64,000 bases of DNA from the human T2T-CHM13v2.0 reference genome, Homo sapiens, in NCBI RefSeq assembly GCF_009914755.1, contig NC_060941.1. One strand, written 5' to 3'. The position numbers were made by a program, and so were the translations under genes. The notes under the pieces are model-generated. The model did no database searches and was not told where the DNA came from. It saw nothing but the letters and a program-made list of their open reading frames with translations. Of the stretch, positions 43,622 to 64,000 are shown in pieces (positions within the stretch are counted from its first letter, which is position 1; each line of letters opens with the position of its first letter).

Positions 43622-44082
43622 TTATTTCTACCACCATTATTCTTTTATTCATTTGTCATTTAAAATCTTGTTTTTATGAATTTTATGATTTGAGAGAATT
43701 TTCATGTCAAAATATCCTTTCTTTTCTGAAAGAATATTTTAGCATTAAATATTAGAAGGAATACAATTTCAGTAGTTATGTGATGAATAAATTTAGCTTT
43801 CTGAAAACAGACCGCACTTGCTTTGTTTTTTCCATTTGGCAATGAACCTGTGCACTAGCATTTAGGAATCATTTAGGAATTATCAGTGTAGTGGAAACAG
43901 CCTTGCTTTGAAACAACACAATTTTACTTCCAGTTCTGAATCATTTAATTTTTCTGAACTTCTTTTTACCCATCTGCAAAAGAGGAATCTCAGAGGTATA
44001 GCAATAAGGTTTATAAAGGGTTTAAGACAGTTCTGAATGCGCAGGAGTTTATAGATGGTAACGTCTTTTCTCTGGATCATTA

Positions 44083-45260
<1,178 letters not shown>

Positions 45261-46029
45261 TCATGTCTTGTCTTACCTACGGCTTTCCCCCTCTTTCTGC
45301 GTTTTCTCCACCCTTTACCGCTGAGTCAGCCTCTGTATACCATTATTCATGATGGGAACTCAGCTTGTCTGACAGTTGGTTTTAAGGCACAATTAGAAAA
45401 TATTCCTTGATAGTACAATGAGTTTGCAGTTTTTAAGTTGTGGTTTTGGCCAGAGATATTAATAAGGGTTTGGACGTTGAGTGGAATACTAAGAATAAGA
45501 AAGGGGATGTGCTTAAAATACATCTCATGTGCCTTCTGTTTAATTACACGGTAATTTGTAAAAGAGACTGGTTTCTGTGGCCTTGAATACTAATATAGAC
45601 TTTCCCTCACCACAGCTTATCTTCGAGTCATAAACACAGAGGCATGCATAGTTCACACATCTCCATGTATTTTCTGTTTCCAAGGAAGATATGATCACTC
45701 TGAAGAACCAAAAGATGAGTCACTCTGAAAACTTTTCTTCCTTTGTCTTAATGTCATGACTGTCTTAACAATTGACTGTGTTTATTTCAGCAACATTTAT
45801 CTTTAGTCTCTTCTCTTTGGCTCAGTCAGATGTTTTCAGTTTCACCCAGCACGGACCACAGCCATATTACCTCCTATATCCCAGTGGATAACTTCTGCAG
45901 GAAAACTTCAGCTACTTGACACTCTTGGGAAACGAGCTGGGTGTTCCTGATAAGAAAGGTTTACCAGAATCTTGTAAAGATGGTTTCTCTAATAATAGCT
46001 AACATATTTATAAGCGTGCTATGTTTTAG

Positions 46030-46565
46030 AACATGGGTGTCCAAACTTTTGGCTTCCTTGGGCCACATTGGAAGAATTGTCTTGGACCACATATAAAATA
46101 CACTAACACTGGCCGGGTGCGGTGGCTCACGCCTGTAATCCCAGCACTTTGGGAGGCCAAGGCAGGTGGATCACGAGGTCAGGAGATGGAGACCATCCTG
46201 GCTAACACGGTGAAACCCCGTCTCTACTAAAAATACAAAAATTAGCCGGGCGTGGTGGTGGGCACCTGTAGTCCCAGCTACTCGGGAGGCTGAGGCAGGA
46301 GAATGGCGTGAACCTGGGAGGTGGAGCTTGCAGTGAGCCGAGCTTGCAGTGAGCCGAGATCGCACCACTGCACTCCAGCATGAGCGAGAGAGTGAGACTC
46401 CGTCTCAAAATAAATAAATACATAAATAAATAATAAAATAAAATAAAACTAATGATAACTGATGAGCTAAAATAAATAAATAAAGGTCCGTGTATAATTT
46501 TTGTGATATCTGCCACCACAGATAAGCCAAAAAGTCCTCTTATTCAAAGGGTTGGACATGGCTGT
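46030..46565. mobile_element. MER30-like DNA transposon split by AluY (46112-46447)
   Basis: gggtgtccaaacttttggcttccttgggccacattggaagaattgtcttgg...gggttggaca; the AluY carries a tandem duplication of gagcttgcagtgagcc. Confidence 0.8.
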
Positions 46566-47365
46566 TTCAGTAACTTCATTACAGGCTTTGTGAACATTAT
46601 CTCATGTAATCCTAAAACAAAACAAAACAGAACAAAATGACTTTCCCTGTCTCGATTTCCTGAGTGATCTTTGTAAACATCAGCTATTACAGTGTGCTCT
46701 TTTGTGTAGATTTCAGGTGTATGTGACTCTTGTAAGCATTCAGCTTACCACTGTTTATTGAGTGATTATTATGTGCCAGATACAGCTCTGGACACAGGTG
46801 TGACTAAAACAAACTCCCTGCCCTCAAGGTGCTTATATTCTGGAGGTGGGAGGAGGACCCTGACAACAGCATGGAAATATACAAATATAATATAATGTCA
46901 GGTAGCCACAAATATAGCAGGATATAGGGACAGCGAGTGGGGGTGGGGAGAGTGGTGGCGGAAGACCCTTGAGGAGGCGACAGTTGAGCAGAGACCTGGA
47001 TGAATCGTGGGAGCAAGGCTTGTAGATATTTGGCAAAAGAGCCATTTGATTGTGACTTACGTGGTTCTCCCTCTTCTGCTTTCTATAGTTTTCCTGTCTC
47101 CTGGCAGTCAGTGCCAGGAAAGAATTTAGTTGGGCCAGACCAAGGGAAGCCAGACCTAGAAAGGAGGCAAAGCTACAGGTGCAGAGCAGAGATTGCTAAG
47201 GTCTTAGCCGCGGGCTGCGGGAGCGAGCCTGGGCGGGCGGGTAAGGCTGTGGAACCGGAGTCTGGAGAGTCTGCTGGCTGCGCACAAACACGGCTGTGCT
47301 TCTGGGCAGATGAATGGAGGGCAAGCCAGCCCCGGGCAGAAGATAGAACAGAGAGGAAGCTGGGG

Positions 47366-50222
<2,857 letters not shown>

Positions 50223-50733
50223 TAAAAAGAATGGACAGAAAATTTCTGCGAGGATTTGACGTTTGAACAATGGTCTTATCTAAGCGACAATCTGAGAGAC
50301 AGCTGTCCAGACACAGGGAGCAGCAAGTACTAGCATGGCCTCTTTGTGTTTGAGCCAGGAGAGGAATAAAGGTGAGGGTGAGGGAGGCAGGAGGTAAGCA
50401 GAAGGTAGGGAGGCCAGGGAGGGGAAGGAGGGTGATGGAACGAACGTACCGGACAGGGCGTGGAAAGCGTTCGGGGCCTGGCTGGGAGTTTGGGATATGT
50501 CCTTTTTGCAATGGGAGCCACTGAGAGTTCTAAAACCAGAAGTGACATAATCTGATTCATGTTTCTTGGCTGTGTGCAGAGCTTTGCAAGAATGGCAACA
50601 GGGATAAAAGTCCTGAGACCAGGGAAAACCCAAGGGTCTTGGATTTGTGTGGATGGCTGAGGTAAAGGAGACTCATTCCATGGCCTTTTCTGGAAAGCTG
50701 GGTCATCTGTTACCAGTTTTATTGATTGTCTTC

Positions 50734-51476
<743 letters not shown>

Positions 51477-51680
51477 CCTCCTAAGCATCACTGGTTTCTT
51501 AGGAATATTTGCATTGGGGTGCAGGCATGAGAGAGGCCTCATCAGGAAGACTGGCCATTCTATAGACCTTCCTTAAGCCCTGGAGAGGTGGGTGGTCTTA
51601 CCAGGAACTCAAAGGAGCTCTAAGATCCCAGAGGAGGTCCCTGAGAACGAATGAACAAATGAATGAATGAAAGGGCCCAA

Positions 51681-51963
51681 GGCCGAGTGCGGAGGCTCGG
51701 GCCTGTAATCCCAGCACTTTGGGAGGCCGAGGCGGGCGGATCACTTGAGGTCAGGAGTTGGAGACCAGCCTGGCTAGCATGGCGAAACCCCATCTCTACT
51801 AAAAATTACAAAATTTAGCTGGGCGTGGTGGCACACATCTGTAATCCCAGCTGCTGGGGAGGCCAAGGCAGAGAATTGCCTGAACCTGGGAGGCGGAGGT
51901 TGCAGTGAGCGGAGATCTCGACACTGCACTCCATCCTGGGCGGCAGAGCGAGACTCTGTCTCA

Positions 51964-51997
<34 letters not shown>

Positions 51998-52510
51998 GAA
52001 AAAAGAAAAACAAAGATCCTAAGACAGGGCTGTGTCTGACCTTCAGGTCACTCAATAGCCCTAGCCATGAACGTTGTAATTGACCCTCTGCAGCACATAG
52101 ACCTCTAGTCAGTGCAGCCACCATCATTCCGCTGTGTGCCTTCTAAGCTGTTCTGGGTTGTAAGATCTTTGTTAGAATTTGGATAAAGAGGACAGAGTTC
52201 TAAGTGACTTTTTTTTTTTTTTTTTTTCTGAGACAGAGTCTCGCTCTATCGCCCAGGCTGGAGTGCAGTGGTGTGATCTCCGCTACTGCAACCTCTGCCT
52301 CCTGGGTTCAAGAGATTCTCCTGCCTCAGCCTCCCCAGTAGCTGGGATTACAGGCACCTGTCACCATGCCTGGCTAATTTTTGTATTTTTAGTACAGACA
52401 GGGTTTCACCATGTTGGCCAAGCTGGTCTTGAACTCCTGGCCTCAAGTAATCTGCCTGCCTCGGCCTCCTAAAGTGTTGGGATTACAGGCGTGAGCCACC
52501 GTGCCCAGCT
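51681..52510. mobile_element. AluS (+, 51681-52010) and AluS (-, 52209-52510), tail to tail
   Basis: Alu bodies; TSD ctaagtgacttt around the second. Confidence 0.93.
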
Positions 52511-53984
52511 GGGCCTAAGTGACTTTCTAATGCACAGAATGTGTGAATTTTAGAATATGATCTTTTACCATCCAGTTTTCTGGACTCAGAAGTAACTTTT
52601 CCTTCCTCTCTTTTAAATGTTCATTAGGTCAAATTAGAACTGAAGAAGCAACCCTGAGGTATAATACTCTGCCCCAGCAACAAAAAGCAGTACTGCTGCT
52701 GACTTACGGCTACTATTCTGAGTTGAAAGTGCTGAAAAGAAAACTCCAGGCCATGCGCATTTAATTTGATTGTAATCCTGCCAGAGATCCACCTGCTTTG
52801 CTCCCATCCGTTTCCCTTGGCCTGTCCTGTAGAAAGGGACTGCAATTGAGCACTTTTTTAAATTAAAAAAATGACCTGCACTCTCCACAAAATACAGGTC
52901 CAAATGGCAGTAGCTTATTGGTCATCAGTTTCTCCTAGGAAACCTGGGCCACAAGTTTCTGGTTGGTTTCGGACACACAGTAGGTGCTGAATTAATTAAA
53001 GGTGTTTCTTTAATTCAGCCCAGAAGCATCTGATTTGCTTAGGAAATTGATTAGGCATATATTACCTGGATGATGTCAATTTCTATGTAACCATTTCTCT
53101 CCTGTGTAATTGATGAGCCTCCTAATGTTGATTTTATTTTATTTTACCAAGCACTGTATTTAGTTAATAAAAAATACAGAATAGGATTCAAAACAGCTGT
53201 GTTTGCTATTGGCATGGCCGTCACCCTCCTAATACCTGTGCATGTCATAATAGACTACATTTGCAGAAACAAAAGGTTAGGAATAAAAAGATGACTTTTG
53301 TCCCTCCAGCTGCCAGTGACAACCCACAGCCTCAGCTTATGGTATTTATTTAATCTTGTATCTGTGATAGGGCTCTGAGACACTTCTGTGAAGCAGATGT
53401 TTGAAGATCTGACAATTATGGAAGAAAATTTCTCATAGAAAAAGATATGTTCTCCAGCCTTGGGCGGGGGCCTGACATTACTCTTCCACATTTCACTCAT
53501 TCATTTATTGAAAAATGAAAAATTATATATATTTATAATATACCAGGTGATATTTTGATATGTGAATACATTGTTGAATTATTATGTTAAGCTAATTAAC
53601 ATATCTCTCACCTTACATACTTATTTTTTGTTGATGAGATGGACATTTCTTTTTTAAGTATGCTTAAATGTGTTCACGGATTGTGTGAAATTTTTGGCAT
53701 CCCGTTTCTTGATATACCACCTTTTGCCACATTTCTTGTTTATATAGTATGTATCTCAGCCGGTGATGAATCAAGGAAAAAGATAAAGAAAAACAAACAA
53801 ACAAACAAAAAAGCAAACAAACAAGTTAAAACAAACCCAAAACCTTCTTTCCCAGTAGGCAGTAATTTGGGATGTAAAATGTATGAGGTAGGCAGGAGGA
53901 AGATGAAAAGTCTGTCTGAAATGAGAACTGTCTGTTGGCTTAATTCAGGTGATCACAGATTGTCTGTAGCCTTGAGCAAAGCCT

Positions 53985-54210
53985 AGAGAATAGTGAGGCT
54001 AGTAAAACACTAGCCCTTGGGCTCAAAATTTAAGATGGCACCAAAAAACTAAAAATCAGGGTAAATAATATTTTGATGCAATATTTTTAAAAAATAAAAA
54101 TTAATGCACAATACTCTACAATGAACAAAATATCAAAATGCTAAAGACAGGCTCTAACCCCGCACTGGCAAACGCAACCTCACTTGTCTCCTTCTAATCC
54201 TGGCCTTGAC
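53985..54210. mobile_element. hAT-Tip100 DNA transposon (MER96B-like)
   Basis: caaaatttaagatggcacc...aataatattttgatgcaatatttt...cctcacttgtctccttctaatcctggcc. Confidence 0.6.
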
Positions 54211-54391
54211 CCCTAATAACAAAAAGTAAGATCATCTAGACCTCAAAAGGAAAAGTTGCTAGTCCCTCTAAGCCTTCGTTTGCTCTGGGTTTGAATCCAA
54301 ACTCTGTTATGACCAACTTAGTGAAATCAGGCAAATTACTCAACCTCTGTAACTTCCTTTTGAAAAATGGAGATGTTTTCTCTTGCAAGAC

Positions 54392-54394
54392 TTT

Positions 54395-54429
<35 letters not shown>

Positions 54430-54730
54430 TTTGAGACAGGGTCTCACTCCATTGCCCAGGCTGGAGTGCAGTGGTGCCATCATGGCTCACTGCAGTCTCT
54501 ACCTCTCCAAGCTTGGGTAATCCTCCCACCTTAGTCTCCCAAGTAGCTGGGACTACAGGCATGCACCGTCATGCCTGGCTGATTTTTTTTTTGAAAAAAA
54601 ATTTTTTTTATAGGGATAGGGGTCTTGCCATGTTACCCAGGCTGGTCTCTTAACTCCTGGGCTCAAGAAATCTGCCCACCTCAGCCTCCCAAAGTGCTAG
54701 GATTACAGACGTGAGCCATCACGCCTAACC
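54392..54730 (-). mobile_element. AluJ with (TTTA)n tail in a MIR fragment
   Basis: TSD tctcttgca(a/g)gactttt. Confidence 0.9.
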
Positions 54731-56269
54731 TCTTGCAGGACTTTTGGGGTGGTTTAAAAATTACGCCTGTGTAGCACTGGGAACATTATGACACCCAATA
54801 AATACCAAATAAACAACAGCTTTAAATATTATAATTCATAATGATTCACAGAGTATTAAGATCCCCAGGCGATGCAACCAGGTAGTACCTAAGTGTATCA
54901 GTCTTGGGTGCATCTGTCAGGGTTAACCTGGCTTTGTTTTTAACTTTACAGGACATATCAGAGTATAGCTATTGTGCCTGTGCTTTGAACACTCAAACAT
55001 CCGCTCAACTGCTAAGTAACTGATTTCCTGTTTAGTCACAGCTCCTTGTCTGGGACCAGCCACTGGCAGCAAATTGTCATCTTCTGTATCTCCCTCTCAA
55101 AGCAACTCAGCCTTCTGAAGACGTGTAGAAGTTAGGTCTCGCAGGCTTGTATTTATTAAGCCCCCCCCCGCCACCCATCAGTCCCCAGTTATTTTGAGTG
55201 TCTCAAACGCATTTCCCACACCTGATGATTCATCTGAGGACGACTCACCCTTGTTGTCACTGACACTGTCCACAGCCCAGAGCTCAGCCTCTGATTTGCT
55301 CGGCAGAGATGGGGCTATGTACATATCGTGTGAGACGGAAGCTAACATAAGCAGAGGAGAAATCACGGAAGCAAAGTGAAGTGGGAATCCAGTTAATACT
55401 TGGAACAGAAAACTGGAAAGCAGCTCATTCATTCTCTCCGATTGTAAAAGGCGGATGGAAACAACACTTTTGTCAGCCTTTCTTCTAATCCGATCACAGC
55501 TGTAAAGACCATAAAGCCAAGCCCCGACGTCAATTATTCTTCTCCCTGTTCCTAAGAATGTGAAATTAGATGGGGAAAAGTGACAGAAGAGTGTCACTAA
55601 AATAACTTATTACACTTTGAGGGTCTTAGTCGTCATTAATAGTTGTTACTTTTTGAATATTCATCAGTGCGCCCTGCTGTTCGGCAAGAGAGGCTGTATG
55701 AAGTAGGAACTGCACACGCCTGGCTTCAGTCATGTATGCCTTGGATTTAAGCTCTTCTTTTCCACTTAATTAGTTAACAGGAACTTACTGAGCTGGGTGC
55801 AAAATGATACAGAAGAATAGGAGAATGGGATTGTAACCCCTGAAGCGTTTGTGATTTAGTTGAGTAGAATAAACTCTGCTGAGCCCAAGCTGAGCCTCAG
55901 CCTCATGCACCTGCTGTATTTCCACATTCTTTCATTTCTGCCCTAGAAATGTTGCTTGAATCTGGTTTCTCCTCTTTAACCATCTAAACTTTTACTATTG
56001 CTTTAGGACTGCCTCTCCTCATTTATTGCTATGTTGATTGCACTGCCCTGCCAAACCATATTGGAGCTGGATCAGGGGAAAATAAGCATATATATATATA
56101 TATATATATGCATGAAAATATCCTCCCATATTGTGGACCAAGTGGAAAAGTTAATGAAGCTCTACAATGAAAAAAAAAGTTGACTATGAGTAAAGTCTCA
56201 TGTTGTCCAATCTGTAATCCTATTATTGTCAACCCTCGTAAGCCCGCCCAGTGGATGAGGTGGTGGGAG

Positions 56270-56835
<566 letters not shown>

Positions 56836-57451
56836 CTATTACAAAAGTCCCCGCGGGCTCTGACCTACACAGCTGCCAGTTACCTTCCTAACAGACGACC
56901 AGTGATCATGTCACTTTCTTGTTAATCCAGACTGCTGGGAGCGAAAATTCAGCCCCCTCGGTTTGGCGTTGAAGCCCCTTTACAATCTGGCCCCCACCTA
57001 ACCCACCAGGGCGCCTGCCCTGTCTGGCCCTGTTCCCACCTCTCTTGCCTCATCAAACTTCTGCCAGACTGCACCTTTGTCCATGCTCTGCTGTCTGCCT
57101 GAATTGTGCCCCTGTCTCCTGAATTGTGTCTCCAAGCCCCTTCACCTAAAATATTCCTGTTAGCTCTCAAGTTTCACCTCAGATATCCCTGACTGGCTGG
57201 GCAGACTTCTTAGACTCTCGCAAGCAGGCTTCTTTGTTCTGTTTTCCCATAGGAAATTGTTCGTTTCCACTCAATTCATATCTTGGTGGTTGCATTCATT
57301 TTTCGACTGTGATTTATCTGTTTACCGGTGTCCCTAGTTCCACTGCCAGCTCCTTGAGGCGAGCAACCGGGGCTTTTCATGTCTAATGAATAAATGAATA
57401 CAATTTGACACAGTGAAAAAGGCAGGAACAGCAACCATAAAAAATCCATGA

Positions 57452-57796
<345 letters not shown>

Positions 57797-58385
57797 GACA
57801 CTGGTCTTAAAATCAGGAGAACCTGGATTTGGCTTTTGGTCTTGTCATTAGCCAGCTTTACAACTCTGTCATTATTTTCAGATTTTTTACTATGGAAACT
57901 TTAAAATTGTAGCAAAAATAGAACAGCCTGATGAACCCACATGTACCCATCATCCAACTAGAACAATGTGGGTTCATCAGGTTTCTTGTCATACTGCCCC
58001 GCTCTGCTACCCCCATCCCTGGATTGTTTGGAAGCAAATCCTAGACCTTACTGTCACTTCACATATAATTATTAAAGGAAGAACATGAACATTGTAATTG
58101 ATTGCAAACTCACCATGAACCTGGTGGAAAGAAGAGATCACAATAGGCCGAGATCACGGGGAAGCTCTTGGAAGCAAGTTATGAATGAGGAATACGGATT
58201 TTGGCAGAGAAAGTCTGTAAGTAGGAAGCTGTAAATCATGTGTCCAACATGTGGTGAGCAGATTGTTTTATCTGGAGTGGGGACTGGGTGGCGGAGGGGG
58301 GTGAGCAGAGGAAAATCTAGGCCTGGGACAGAGAGGCAGCCTTTGGGCAATGGGACAGACTGGAGACTCTTTTAGTTTTATGTAA

Positions 58386-59295
<910 letters not shown>

Positions 59296-59594
59296 GTAAC
59301 TAGGTATTATTTTGAAGGGTTGCATTCACACTTGTGACATGGAGTAAAGGCCAGTGGTAATATTTCTGTAGAGCGCTTTAGTTCTGTCTCTCAATGTACT
59401 TTCCTTGTTAACTAATTTCTTTAGTAGCAAAAGGAATTGTGACAGGTGCATTTAAAGAAACTGTTACCTGCACCAACTACCAGGCATTCGTTAGTTGGGG
59501 AGAAATGAGAACTCATGTTTTCCATACTCAGCCCTACCCCAAGATGACCTGGCAACTGTACATTTTATCCCACTGGGTTTAATCCTTATTATGA

Positions 59595-60104
<510 letters not shown>

Positions 60105-60429
60105 TTCTTTGACTGATTCTTCTCTGTGTGCGCATGTCCTGAGGTCACAAGTGGTAGTGTGCTCCGTATTGGTTTCTTGACCTGCCTCTTCAGGACTTTC
60201 TAAAATTAAGGTACAACCGATTCTTTTGCTGCAGTCCTTTCTGCCTAAAGAAGGAAGAAATTCTTCTGTTTTCAGAAAAAAAAAAAGGAAAATAAAAGAA
60301 TATGCCAGCTTCACCAGGATAACCCACAGACATTGAGCATTAGGAGTATGGTACAAAAATAATTTCTTTCCTCATTAAGGTTTTTTTTTTTTTAATTTAT
60401 GCTACGAGAAATAGAACAGAGTGAGCCTA

Positions 60430-61600
<1,171 letters not shown>

Positions 61601-61667
61601 GTCCTTGGAATGGTGGAAGCCTGTTTTGTTGTCTTTGATACTATGAAGGGACAAACCCCTGCTTTGA

Positions 61668-63890
<2,223 letters not shown>

Positions 63891-64000
63891 AGCCAGATTT
63901 TGAATATTTTAATTACTTAACTGCTTGTCTGTCTGGCAATGAGATAAGCGCAGTAGCCAGTGATTACCAACAGTTAAACAGAAGAACAAGTCACATAAAC

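Noticed and set aside
55178-55597. 139-aa minus-strand ORF in unique DNA
   Set aside because: Non-ATG start, no recognisable domain, no supporting exon structure.

Overview
Human (primate) non-coding genomic DNA, very Alu-rich, with roughly 80 Alu/FLAM/FAM pieces. An essentially unmutated AluYb8 at 22950-23262 points to human specifically. I found no credible protein-coding gene: almost every ORF in the track is an Alu, L1 or LTR translation. Most L1 fragments lie on the minus strand, and there is one good plus-strand internal-exon candidate (29906-30017), so this may be an intron of a plus-strand gene or lncRNA. I cannot name the locus. Recognisable elements: a near full-length dead HSMAR1 mariner transposon (12048-13593), a full-length COX5A processed pseudogene with TSDs (27383-28016), retrocopies of U13 snoRNA and Y1 RNA nested in an old L1, a 5'-truncated L1 with TSDs, several solo LTRs (MLT1, LTR7, MER4-group, LTR47-like) and MER DNA transposons. 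Two structures are invisible to repeat-by-repeat annotation. (1) A ~1.23 kb TSD-flanked retrocopy (37951-39178) of an apparently spliced, mostly repeat-derived non-coding RNA that ends at the HERV-H LTR7 poly(A) site. (2) A cryptic ~0.7 kb inversion (about 8101-8782), revealed by two Alu TSD pairs whose copies now face opposite directions, with an insertion at one breakpoint that contains unique sequence duplicated ~3 kb away. Repeat family and subfamily names come from recalled consensus sequences, not a search, and repeat boundaries are approximate.
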